NCBI GenBank assembly: GCA_976226885.1
Contig: OZ320314.1
Location: 109,678,001-109,742,000 of the forward strand
Length of the DNA: 64,000 nt
From: Iphione sp. A-MEVVRFRX5
Taxonomy: Eukaryota
Reading direction: 5' to 3'
Shown here: positions 46,277 to 59,431 of the stretch, in pieces
Position numbering within the stretch: position 1 is the stretch's first letter
Layout: every line of letters begins with the position of its first letter
Made by a program: the position numbers and the translations under genes
Notes under the pieces: generated by a model
What the model was told of the DNA's origin: nothing
The model's input: the letters and a program-made list of their open reading frames with translations, nothing else
Database searches by the model: none

Positions 46277-49200
46277 TACCACTGACAAAGTATGAATGAA
46301 TCAATCCAAGAAGAAAATTATTAGTTCAAAATGCCTTCATCATGAACAGAAAACACACTTGTATCAATACATTCAAGGTTTAATCTAGACTTTGTGTTAA
46401 ACTGACCCTCTGACAGTTCAAAACCTTTTGGGTTGCACTTGCTGCTACGGAGGGTAGGTGATCAGAATAAAACGACTCGAGAAGTATGTTTTTTCTTCGT
46501 TGGCACTGGATGTCTAACATACTCCAGAACATTTAAGACGAGGCGAGGTGACGAGGAGACAACAGAAACTACCGAGTAGGAGAAGGAGGAGGATGGAAGG
46601 CACAGTTCCTGTTAGAAACGGCTAATGTAAGCGTAGTCCTATTCTAGAATCAATAACGGGATATACATAGTAAATGCACCTAATGGGTGCCTTAACTCGA
46701 CATGACAGCAACAATTATCATGAAAATGAGGTTTTTCCTATGCCCCCCCCCCTGGTGGAACCCACGCTTAGTTCAGCTCGGTAAATCATTGCGAACGAGG
46801 GTACAACTGGTCTCTGACGTCACACAGCTAACCGTATAAAGAGCTCCTCGCCCTCATTCTACGTTCGCTTTCATGTCCAACCCACCGAAAACCCATCTTC
46901 TGCCCCTGTTATCAATACCTGTTATCTACTTACTTAATTTTGTATCGATTTTAGATGCCTTCTAATTTCATTCTGATTATATAGTTATAGTAATCTTGTC
47001 TCATATTCTATGTGATTAAGGAATATTTGCATAAAAATGCAGTTACCCCTAAACAAAATCATCTTCCCTGCCGCGTAAATTTGTAATGCGACGAGTAGTA
47101 ATCAGGAACATATGGCTTCTCCCTTATTCAACCCGAGTGGAAGCATTGTATCCTCCTGCGTGGGATGTTCCCTACTAGCATATACCTGCAGACCCCCTAG
47201 TTGTGAGGTTGTGGAGGATAAAATGTACTTGATCCCTTTGTTCGATTCTAAAACTGTTTCAGTAATGATTTTAGACAATTCCCCACTCTGCCTTAATAAG
47301 ATTCCCAGGCTTGCTCACGTCGCAGGCGTATTCTGTATTACGGGTTTCCCATCTGTGATTTACATAGTCAAGTGTGAAATAAAAGCAACACTTTGATGAT
47401 AATTAGAAAGGGAATGAAGCTGGCTTTGTTGTATAGATGTTAAACTCGTCTCCTCAGTACATGAAGACGTCAATTGACGGATCATCGGGCACCGAAATGT
47501 CGTCTGCAGCTAGGAAAGTTGCAGCAGTGCCAGCGAACAAAGAAATCAATATTAATGTATCAGCTGAATATGAAATTTACTTCACTTTATTACATTTAGT
47601 CCCATAATAAATCAAATATACAATACAACAAAAAAAAGTTCACAATGTCCCAAGTCTTCCCGCGATTGGTCAGTTGTACAACGAATAAACGCTCCTTTTA
47701 CAAAGAAACAAATTTTCATAAACACATAAAGACTGTATAGAATCTGTGCGGGTAAAGTGGTGGCATCGAGCGGAAATGACAGCGCCGATATGTTTTGGTA
47801 AAGGTAGTAAGTGGAAAATGGTGATTACGTGCGAGGCAAAGATGGGTGGATGGGGGGGGGGGTGGCTGGAACGAGAGTAGTACTTTCCGTGACTTATGTT
47901 TCAAAAGCAAACAAAACCTACTCATCAAGTGAGCAGAAACCTTGCTGTAGATGAAAAGTAGATAAGAAGTAATGATTTGCAAATAAAAAGTAGCTTTTAA
48001 CGGACTCAGCTCTCGCTCGAGACTGCTGGCCCTCTAATTACAAGTCCCTAGGCTTAGAGCTGGTTACTTTACCAGCAAAGTTGATCAAAGACCTCCGGTC
48101 TTTGAGAGCTGCTCGCTTATGAAGGTTGTTTTCAATACAAACATTTCTCCAGCTTGTACTTAATGACAAACCGTGTTCTCTAGTGCAGTTTCTTCAGCAG
48201 ACCTTCACCCCAAGTGGTATGGGGCGGCCACCAGGTTATAGCAAGCTCGAGTTAAATATATCCCTGCAAATGTAGTTGACATTATATCTTTGAAATGCGT
48301 ATATATACATATTTTACACTCTTTCCTTCTGCATGTCACCACAAGGCACAGTCCTTGTCTTCAAAGTGTAACAAATACAGTAGAAGTAATTTAGCACTGT
48401 TTTGTAATTTTCTGCCAAGTATTTGGTTGGGATGAACCGCCTCGTCACCTTATGGAAGCTGCGCGGATTAGTCTAGATATTGTTGAATGCCTCTCCCTCA
48501 GCTAAGCTTGGTCGGCTGTTTTGTCATGCGCAAGCGTTTAAAGTGTACTTTATTGCTATTTACATAGAAAATAATGAACGCCACAAGAACATTGAAAGGA
48601 CTCGCTGTAAGGCCTATTTTTTATTTGTCATAAATATGTAAATCTTATCATTTGACGTGACTTATCGGACAAAGACATCCTTCTATTGATTTCAAATCCC
48701 AAGGACACCGCATGTTGTCATGAATTCGTATTTCATCAATTTAATTCTTATCGCATTTTATTTAATGTGTTTAAGAGACTTTCATTTGCAAGAAGCCATA
48801 ATTTTCTTTTTTCGATCGTAAATGTCACCATAACGTTGTGTTTACATGTATGATCAATATAACGTAGATCCTGAAACAGGAAACAAAGGACGCCCCCCCA
48901 CCAACCACCACCATCGCCCGACAGTGAGGCGCATTTTATACCCTCTGCTTGGAGCCATCAAAAGAGCTTCTACAAATACGTGTTTTATCCTCCCACGTAT
49001 AGCGTTCGGAACTGCCATCTGAGCTGCCGTGTAATTGGTGTGTAATTCGCTCAGGGTAGCATCTTCAGTATCTCCTAAAAGATGAGGCAATGCTTCGTTG
49101 TGCTTATCGCGTGTTCTTTTGGTGTTTTCCGAAGCCATAATGTGGCTTCTCCCGAAGCGTTTATGAATTGATAGCATCGCCTGCAGTTTCAAGAGTGTCG

Positions 49201-50331
49201 AATAGGATGCGACACGCCCCCACTCCTCACTATTCGCCGTGAAGGATTTTAAGTCTTAATCATTTCAAGTTAGATATACAGGACCCCGGCCGCCAGATGG
49301 CGTAGAACACCCAAACCGGAGACGCATGCGTACTTCCAGGCAGCCCTGGGCTGTGCCTCCCTTCAAGGTTCAAACTGTCTACGCTATGTATATGATAACG
49401 CAAGTCAGACTAAAGCAGTACAAGTGACTCTGCTTTTACGTTATTAAATATCAAAACGCCTTTCTATTCGAATCATTACTGTTCTTATAGCGAGACTCGA
49501 GGCTCTTTGATAAGTCGTAATGTAAAATTCATTTTCTATTGAAGGGGTTCAGGGAGATGTTTTCTTGTCTCTCCACGATAAGTTATCTGATGTATTCTCC
49601 TTGTTGTCACTTCCTCGACAAAGAAAAAAAAAACAGAAGGCACAGAGTTGTGTATTGCGCGCACAGTCCGATAAATTCCGACACTGTTTACGTCCACACA
49701 TTGGGCACGGCGAATGAACACGTCTTTGTCGATTTCAATATATTGGATTTGATAGTCATAGTCAACATTGGCGGCGAGTGTCATCAAATCTTATATGACC
49801 CCGGCGCCGGCGTGCGGGAAATACTTTATTACCGATGATATCATTAGTTCGTCCGTCAGCTATGATTACACGTCTCATTGATCGTCGGGCCCTTCAAGCC
49901 CTCGATATTCATTAGATCACTGCGCTGAAGTATAAAATATGAGCGCCTTTCTCTCCACGCCAACCGGGGGGCGCGACGGTGAACTGTGCAGCGTCGACTT
50001 AACGACAATATTTTTGCCGACTGTCATCAAATGAAATTGTCATATTTAACGACGGTAATCAGGAGTTGGAACTGTAAGAAGTGTTCACAGTGTTGCTGAA
50101 TCTGTCATACAGGAATAACCGACAAAAACACACACATACGCACACACGTGCACACACAGAAGCCAGAGGACGTAATTTCCGATAGCAGATCGTACTTGTC
50201 AGGCTATAAGCTACTATTGCGATCCGTTCAATCAGTTTGCCGTTCCGGACAGCGGCATCTTTCTCATACACTTTTCACAGTAAGGGGATCGAGTGAGGAG
50301 AGAGCTCTCGCCTTAGTAGTCATAGTTTCAT

Positions 50332-50460
50332 GAGTTGCTCTCTCTTGGTGTTCGTACTTGCCCGAGCTGCTCGCTTTACGGTCCGTACCGCGTCTCGCTT
50401 AGTATCCGTAGTTGCTTGAGCTACTCGCTGTACGGTCCGTACCGCGCCTCGGCTTACTCA
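50332..50460. promoter_or_regulatory. Triple GAGYWRCTC cluster within a 54-bp duplication
   Basis: GAGTTGCTC 50332, GAGCTGCTC 50364, GAGCTACTC 50418; the last two are each followed by gct(t/g)tacggtccgtaccgcg. Confidence 0.4.
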
Positions 50461-51923
50461 CTGGTCAGTCGAGATCCTGTTATCAAAGCACTCTGGACAA
50501 TCCTGGCCGGACCCTTCTGAGAAGGTGCAGTAGGTGTAGTAGTTGCCCTGAAGGGATATTTCACCTCCCAGTCGACCCAACCGCCACGCAAGGTTGATGG
50601 AAGGTCGGGAGATGAACGAGCCTGTTTCCTACTTGCCTTTCCTTTGCGAAATATTATTTGTAAATTATTTGTGAAGTAAATTTCATGCAAAAAAGGTGCC
50701 TAGAATGGACCCTTTCTAATCTTGATATCAAAGATGGATCCCGAGTTTGTTTTTTTTTTTTTTTTTTTTTGGGGGGGGGGGGGATACAGCCTGAGCATCC
50801 CACTTCATCCTCATCCCCCACTTGCACCTAGTGACATTTTCCATTAGCCGGAAGCTGCCTTGTTCGAATGATTGACTGCTGGGGCTGATTCGGTTGAAAT
50901 GCTTATCTTGGGAGTTTCCTTGAGAGCTACTTAATGTAACTGCATTGACTGCGCGGATGTGGAAAGCCCGATGTAAATTCATTTCGGATCTACCCCTTCC
51001 TCGAGAGGGAATAAAAGGTTAATACCACCTAATGTCTTTCTGTTATAGTCGGTCGGGGTGGCAGGGCCCTGCCTTCAGCTACTTGAGAATGCATTGCAAT
51101 ATAGGAACGCTACGTCAGGAGTTATTTCAGCCGTGTGTATACAGAACTCCCTACCCATCCCCTCGCACCCTCCCAACCCCCATCTCCACGCCTATCGCCG
51201 TATATGTTTACACGTACACACACAAGTAACATAATATAACGTTGGCTTGGGGTATTGTCAAGAGTGTCCTTAGGGGGTGCTACAGTAGCCGGCTATTCAA
51301 ATATCACAACACCTATGGAACTACTCCCTACACATTCCGCCCGTCCATCAGTTCTTCCTGTGCCGGCCCACCTCTGAGGAAAAATAATAAAAACAAACAA
51401 CATAAAAAAACACAGCAAAAGAGTACCCTATGCACGCATAACAGCCCATAACGCAGGCGACGCTCCTGTATGGCCAGGTAGAAAAAAAAAGAGAAGTATT
51501 GACGTGTCGTCAAAGGCGATGTATCAGGTGTGGATCTTTTGTAGTACTCGCGAGTGGCCCGCCATCTTTGATGATAGCGGGGAGACAGAGGGGGCGGGTG
51601 GGGAGGGGGTAATGGAAGCGCCTGATTGTGTGGAATATAGTACGGATGTGCTGCGACGGCTGGTAAAGCGGTCTGGAAGGAGGCACGGAGGCGCGGAGGG
51701 TTTTGGCAGCAGCACACCCAGCATTGATTGGATTATTTCTCTGAATTTGCACTTGAACCTTCCTCCAGCAGTGGCGAAGAGGAGGCCCAGATATCGACCA
51801 GATGGCGGGCTGACCTGACCCAAGGAGGCTACCAGACCCCACCCTAAGTAAGTAGGTTAGGCTAAATCCAAGATGGGGGTGGGGGCAGTACCCCTGAGCT
51901 GGACTGGATGGATTCCCAATGCA

Positions 51924-52147
51924 ATCAACCTTATTTGGTAAAAAGCACTTTGTAAGAGCAGAGAGCATCGAAGCTAGTACATCTTCTTGGGTTGAAATTC
52001 CATTCAGGGTCCATTTGCTAGCTCATATCACACAGCTAGGAGTGATCAACCTTGTTTGGTAAACAGCGCTTTGCTAGGACATAGCAACAAGGTTGCATCC
52101 TTCCCTGTAGCACTCTACTCCGGGTCCTTTAACTAACTCTTATCATA
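51924..52147. repeat. Diverged tandem duplication, 121-bp period
   Basis: atcaacctt(a/g)tttggtaaa(a/c)agc(a/g)ctttg at 51924 and 52045; both units end gggtcc.tt..cta.ctc.tatca. Confidence 0.7.
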
Positions 52148-52872
52148 TAAAAGAGCCCTATAAAAGCCGGAAAGCAATCCGCATGAAAATATAGGTACAA
52201 TGTAGTTTTTTTTATGGCTTTGTACATTGTGAGCCAGGAAGTTCACCACAACTGCACCCAGGTGAACCATTGCTGAGTGTCAGTCACACCACCTCAAGAC
52301 ACTTTTTGCCATTTGCACATAGTTTTCCGACTAACACATTTCATTGGTTGAGTCTATTATGATGTCACAAATTGAAAAAAAAACAACAGTGTATTGTAGT
52401 GACTGACACTTCAATGATGCGTCAGTTGACCTGTCATATTTTCTTCATGATCTTCTGTGAACAGCATCAGAACATTAAAATAATTGTCATCTATGACATT
52501 TTTTTGTAAATTGTCCTAGTAGAGATGATATTTTTAATATCCCTACTACTGTTACATTAACTGTGGTAGGTAGAGTATAAAAGATACGTCATTGCTAGTT
52601 GTTTCTCGGATTGTCGCCTAGATCTCCATCCATCAATTTCAACTCTTCCCGGAACAATTAACTGGGAGTAACCCTTGAGGGGAGGGCCTGTGTTGAGAAA
52701 AACAACAGACAACATTAGAGAGGAGTATGAAGATCGATCCCAAAATGGCGCGATCGCCCGACGGACAGAGAGGGGATTTAGGCCGGGAAGTGAGAACGAT
52801 GAGCCCATCATGGCTGGCCGGTATACGGTGAGCCTCTCTCCATGGAACCTCCTTGTAAGTAATTGATTAGCT

Positions 52873-52873
<1 letters not shown>

Positions 52874-52914
<41 letters not shown>
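52874..52914. repeat. (GT)n microsatellite
   Basis: About 20 copies read directly. Confidence 0.97.
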
Positions 52915-52916
<2 letters not shown>

Positions 52917-55170
52917 ATTGGGGGGGATGTAAGGAGGAAAATTCAGCCCCACTCATCATGGATGAGGGCCACATCTGTGGACGCGGAATTACCGTTTCTG
53001 GAAGGTAGGAGCTCAGCGGTTTGGGGTTAGGGGAAAGGGGGGGGGGGATCGGGGAGGGTGGTGTGAGAGATGGAGACTGGGTAACTGAGCCGCAGGTGGG
53101 GACGTCTACTTCAACGTCCACACAAACGTTCTCCTATTCGGAATTTGTGAATTGACCTGAATGATTGTGAATGATTTTCTTGTAGGCCAGGTGCTTTAGG
53201 TGAACAATGATTTGTTACTAATCAGTAACATACAGGAGGTAGTTTACTTGGTCATTGAACTTATTGCAGGCTCTCAGATGTGACTTAGCACCCTGCCTTA
53301 GGCTAGTAGGTCAGTCTGAATTAAATCTGATGATGGTTTTGTTCAGCTGTTAAAGTGATTGATCACTCTTAAAAAACTATATACAGTCCGGCATCGTTCT
53401 AGTGGCCTCCATTATAAAACTATTCATGTTAATGAATAGTAGTATTGCGTTTGATTTTTTTTTCTCAGAATAATGGCATACATGTGTTCGTCACAATAAT
53501 GGCATTCTTTTAAAATGAGGCAAGACTATACCTCTGAATTGTAATAAGTGGGAAATTCCATGTTTCTCCAGTTTCATGCATAAACAGTTAAGTTTGCTTA
53601 AGAAACGAAAGTGGGAGTTGGATGCTTCGTGGAAAACTTTTTGCATCATTCGTTCTACTTGTTTGCGCTTTGGTTTTTTCCTCTAAGCCGTAAAACTAGC
53701 TTTATTGGGAGCGCACGAAATTGCTGAAATTACTGAATCATTCATGCATTACTGCCAGACACACACAAAAAACACGATCTCGGTCAGTGCATTCCGTGCC
53801 GATGCACTCAGTTAAAGGTTAACGGCGCTGTACATTTGGTACGAACAGATATACAGCGACGTTATGGACAGCATCAACTAATGGGACGGTTCACTTTCCG
53901 TTACCAACATAAAGCACAGGAATGAAACCGCCATTAGTCTACGCACATGTCCCGGTCAATCCTCAAATAAAGATATCAATAATAGAGCAAGGTTTGTCCG
54001 CGAATGCAGTTGCGACTGGAAGGTCTGGACATCCATAGCCATGCTATTGAACGCAAGATTTCCAAGTTGGTGATAATTGGGGGGAAAAACAATGAAGTCG
54101 TTTTAACCCGCAATATTAAGCGTAAATATTGTTCCTGATCACACAATTAGAAAACTGCCTATAATTACTAGTCCGCTCCATAATGTATGCATGCACTAGC
54201 TTCCTTGCAGGACTCGTAGTTAATTATACCAGTTATTTATTTAGTTGTTGTTTTTTTTTGTCGTTGCTATTGTCAGCCCAGTCCTGAAGCCTTCACTGTG
54301 TGTTGATAGGTAGAGGATACCAGAGCTTAATAGCATGTATTTTTATTAGATTGTTTTTTTCTACACCTGCCTGCAGGACCCATCTTCATTCCAGTATTGT
54401 TTATACAGTGTGTATAAACATCGCTACACGGACCGTAGTTTTCCACTTTTTGTCATGCCGAGGTAGGAAATCAAAGACACCAATTTAAATGGTTCTAGTT
54501 TGAATTTCCACCACAGCTGTCAGCTGCGAGCAGAGTTGCATGGCACCAGAGGCTCCAGAAACTTCTTTTTACAGAGTCATATGATGAGATAACTTGTTTG
54601 CAGGTTGAGTTTTGCTGGCAGAATGATTATAATGTCTTTTTGAAACACAAATGGTAGCCCATGTGTGTAAAGTATCTATAAAGTAATTAACCCTGTCATA
54701 ATCTGTAAAAAGGAGGTAAAGGGGATGTTTGGGTCGCCCCCTTATTAATAATTTAAAAACATTTGCTGGAGGTTATGCTAAAGATGCTTTAAATTCCTGA
54801 AAATTGGCAGGTTTTACTGGAGGATGTGCTGAAGATGTCTTTAATTCATGAATGTATGGCAAGTTTTACTGGCGGTATTGCAAAGAAATGCCTTCGATTC
54901 ATGAAGAAAGTGGGAGAAATAGGGGAAATGCCCACTCACACTCACACACATTATCTGCTGGAAAATGTAATTAAATGCAAGAAGAAAATTTATGATAATA
55001 ATGTTGTGTTTCCACACACTTGAACACTTGGTAATAGATCTATAAATGTAAAAACAGCTCGTGAACCCTTATCCAGTGTTTTGGTTTAGGGCTTACACCT
55101 CTTTAGGTTGCGTAGACAGGTGTACAGACAGCACGAGTCATGCGATTGATGTAGAATTGAACCAGGCTGG

Positions 55171-55173
<3 letters not shown>

Positions 55174-55238
<65 letters not shown>

Positions 55239-55250
55239 ACTCTCTCTCTC
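55174..55250. repeat. (CT)n microsatellite
   Basis: About 30 pure copies to 55234, then degenerate. Confidence 0.97.
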
Positions 55251-56260
55251 CCTACTCTCTCAGGAGGATAATAAGAATATATAGAGGAAAGGGTGCCAGG
55301 CGTGCCTAAACACTCCTTATCAGTCTCAGATTGACAAACTGCTTACATCTAGCAATATTAATTGATTTTGCTCGGATACCTAAATGCTATTCTCCGTAGC
55401 GTTCCTGGAATTGTAGTCCAGAGAAACTGGTTTCTTATTGGGGCTGTATCCAGTATTATCTACATGATGAATCTTGAGCAGAAAACTGAGACCAAGAAAA
55501 TTGAGCGTCTGTACAGGACAGTCCACTATGGCTATATAGGTCAAGCTTTCTTCTCGAGTCGTCTGCTGTCCACGCTGACATTTAGCCAGGCGGGATATAC
55601 CAGATGCCCCGTCAACACGAAAAAAAAACCAAAAAACAAACCATATATCGTGTCTAATGTAACTCTATCGATATATAAAGGAAGAGACGAGTAGGCCTAT
55701 TGCAACTCGGTTTTCCAATCATTTTTTTTTCAAAATGTCGGCTGTTTGTTTTCGGAGGGACACAGGTCCGTTCCTCAAGTATGTCATCAGCAGGTGGCTC
55801 CGCGAAAAAGATCCATCCAGCACATCCAGCTTCTTGCGCAATACATGTCACTGTCCAAGCCTCCGTCATGATCGTTTGGGTCTTTCTTCTCCTATGCTGG
55901 AGCATCAAATGCTCTGATCTGACATGGTGTTTTCCCCATATAGACTCTTCTCGCTTGGTTATATTTGTGTCATTTCAAATGATTTAAATGTTAAATTTAT
56001 GTTTTTTTAATACATATGGTTATACACACAAACACACAGAGAGCCAGTTAGTTTGTAGGTGCCAGGCATGATGTTATGTCATAGTCTGTTCACCCACGCA
56101 GAACTAATATTTTCCACTTGATTGACACTCTGGTGGGGGACAGTGGACCTGAAGTAGGTCCTTTTGCATATTCAGTTGTGTAGCTTTGTCAGTTCCTGTG
56201 GAAAGATCATCAGTATCAAACTTGGCCTGAGGGCATGGCATCACTGTGATATCTGTTTAG

Positions 56261-56500
56261 ATTAATCTTACGGAGAACCATCAATCAGATGGTGAGGTGC
56301 TGTTCGGAATTGAACGTTTGTTTGACGTGAATGATGATCTCAGAGACCGAACTGCAAAGGCGGATGCTGTCAATAAAATCAGAGGAGCGATGGACTCCCA
56401 AAAGTCTAAAAACAAAAGAGAAAGCAAAAATTCTAATAATCTTGTAATGTTCTTTTGGTTGAATTGCGAGCCGTCTTCTCCAGAAAACACCGAGCAATAA
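56261..56500 (+). CDS. Candidate acceptor-bounded exon (79 codons to stop), product unknown
   Basis: Frame opens right after atatctgtttag| and reads INLTENHQSDGEVLFGIERLFDVNDDLRDRTAKADAVNKIRGAMDSQKSKNK...; ordinary composition, no domain recognised. Confidence 0.15.
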   Translation: MNLTENHQSDGEVLFGIERLFDVNDDLRDRTAKADAVNKIRGAMDSQKSKNKRESKNSNNLVMFFWLNCEPSSPENTEQ

Positions 56501-58352
56501 GGGGTTTTATTGTGTGTCGGAAAGAAATGATTGTTCATACCACGTGGACATCTTAAATCACGGCCTGTTAACATCGCTTTACCTGGCAGTAGGACCATCT
56601 TTTTCACATTTCTCCCCCCCCCCACCTGGAATGCAATGCAGAACCAAGATTTTATCCACGGGAAATTGTGGTGGAGGGACTCCCTTTAATCAAACTTTTT
56701 GAAGTAGTAGTCCGGCAAAAATAACAACAACACCCTTATTGATTTGCCTATGATATTTGAGTCGACAGCCTTGAGAGAGAAAGCAAAAAAAAAACCACAG
56801 CAGGCCATCTTAGCTGCTGCCATCGGGGGGGAGGGGTAGGCGGGGGGCGAGTAGAAACCTCTAGACTCGGCAGGGGCGCGAACCAATCAGGCAGTCAAGG
56901 AACACGGCCCCGTACCCCAGCGCCTGACCGCCGCCGTGGAGGACAAGGTTGTCATGATCGACCGACTTCCAATGGCATCCCCACTGGTCCAGTATTTGTC
57001 TCGCACAGGCGATATGATTTTATACGAAATGTCCATACCATACTCGTGATCATGCCCCCCCGGTCCTGCTTTGTTGAAAAGCGAACGTCGTCTACTTATA
57101 GCTCTCTGTCTCTTTTCCTCTCCCCTCGATTGCCCGCGGTCGCGGAGTAGCTCAAACAGCCAAGCCGGAGAGGGGGGGCGGGGGGGGGCTCCACATTGAA
57201 TTCGACTGTGTGCACACATGTAGCAGGAGAGCCGTCGTATATTATGTATGCCGAGCATATATACACATTATGTGTGTGTGGAGGAGATGTGTATGCGTAT
57301 TCATTTGCATCCTGAAGTTGCCTTCCCTAGAGAGCCAGATTACGACAGGTTGTCCCCAGACGGCAAACGACACGCCGCCGTTGCGCCTCTGTAGATGACA
57401 TTAGTTAATTCATCTATATTTAAAGGTAGTTCATATTTATAAGTATATGCGCCCGCTGCTGACATAGCCTGAACATGTGTATACCTGTGTAGCTGCATAT
57501 GGCCTCTCAATAGTTTATGGTCAATAAACTATGGAGGATGCCATTAAGGCCTCGATCCTCTTACTGTGTTTGCAGCGCACAGAATAGGACGTGCATCGTT
57601 CATCTTCTGGCTGAGGATAAGATTTACCTTTGTGTTATAAGGCAACATTCGTACAAAAGACCTGCTTTGTCGAGAGTTCGTGAATTTGGCTGCTCTGTCC
57701 CTCTTTCAGTGAGGTATGGGAGAACACAATATCCTGTATTTCTGCAACGTTATACTGTCTTTAGAAATCATAGAAAAGAAGCAGGACCTGCTGTCAGGTT
57801 CCCCCCATTCTCTCCACCACGATCGCATTGCAAGGGTGGTTTTCCTTATTAATACGATCTTCGACGACGGGGCAAAAGCCTTCTGCTAGTGATGCTGTAA
57901 AAAATCCTTATTAATACGACAACGTCTTTCTAGTAAGAACATCATACAGATACATATTTGTCTGTTTCTAGCTTCTGTTTTGTGTAATACTTTGAGCCTC
58001 ATATATAATACCAGTTACAGTGTATTTTTTGGGGTTAATTTCTCCTGTGTCAGTGTTCATTACTGCGACATGAAAATACGCGCTCGGTGATGGTTATTTT
58101 ACCGATATTATGCTACCTGTAGAACATTATTAGGAAACATGCAAACGGTCAGTTCCTCTGTCAGCCAGCAGTGCAGCTGATTGAGCGTAAGTCAATTTAA
58201 GTGCCATTTAAGTACACTGGATGCACCTAAAAATAGCATAAACATACACTCTGTAGTCGGGTACATGTACATGTGTACATTCATCATGGTAGAGGCAATG
58301 ATGGGCGTAGCAATGTTGCATTTATCTGTGTGCCCCTGTTTGCACGTGTGTC

Positions 58353-58385
58353 TGTGTGTGTGTGTGCGTGTGTGTGTGTGTGTGT
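58353..58385. repeat. (TG)n microsatellite, interrupted
   Basis: Read directly. Confidence 0.9.
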
Positions 58386-59431
58386 ATAGCCGCTGTAGCT
58401 TTCGTTCAGCGCGCCTCCCAGTATAGGTTTTAGGAAGGGACGGGGTCGGTGAGAATAGGGACGGGAACCGTGGAGAAGGGGGGCTTGGGAGAGTAGGAGA
58501 TGAGATGGGGCACAGTCTCTCTTATTGCAGAGAATGATGACCACATGCAGTCAAATACAATAACGAGTGAAGAGTGTTTGTTGAGGACTAGTCTTTGTCT
58601 GATGTCGTGTCCAAACAGAAAATGAAGGTTTGGACCTACATATATGCTTTATATGCTAAACAGTGGTATTTAACAAGCGACCGCTTGATATGGCAGACAA
58701 GACATATATAAAGCGAGCCACTCTTCAGCTGTAAATGTTCGTGTGTGCGTTAGTGAGGAAGAGTTGCACCCATCAAAGTGAGGCTTTTTCTTTCTTTTTT
58801 TTTAGTCTGGGGCTTTCTCTTTCGTGTTGAGTGTTGACGTAAAGTAGTCGGCTTCATAGTCGGCCGTCCTTCCACAATTTCAGCAATGGATATAAGTACA
58901 TGTACAAATACTGTTTTATTCAGGCAGTGCCGCTGTGATAACGCAGCTGTATGCCCTGTCAGAAACTCCACCGTCCATTATCCAGCAGTCAACTGTCAAA
59001 CTGGACGTCCGGCTTTGAATTATGTATTTTAGCAGTACAGTGAGGGGGGGTCCTACCCCCCGCCCCCGCACTCTCCACCCCGGACAGCCGAACAAATATG
59101 CCAGAGTTATGTTTGAAGCAAATACGGATACTGGACAGTCATGGGGTGGGGTCGGGCGGGGGGAGGGTCGTCGATGGTGGTTCTATTGGTTTCAGTGTTT
59201 GCAGGAAGAGGCATACACTGTGGATGTCCTAGAGCTCGGAGCAACGGGCGGAAATATGCCTATAATGGACCCCTGCCGTACCGTGAAGCACTGTGCTTAA
59301 AGTGCCGACTAAATGTAAGAAATCCATCATGTTTTATGTAGCCTGCGACTCGGCAAGGCCTACATAGGCAGCATGTCATGATAGCCGGCTATTTACTGCC
59401 AGCCCCTTAGGTGCTTCATGACCAGCGTGGA

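Noticed and set aside
54687-54694. piggyBac-like end TTAACCCT (also 43811; AGGGTTAA near 9529; GGGGTTAA near 58031)
   Set aside because: No pair shares TIR sequence beyond the first three or four bases.
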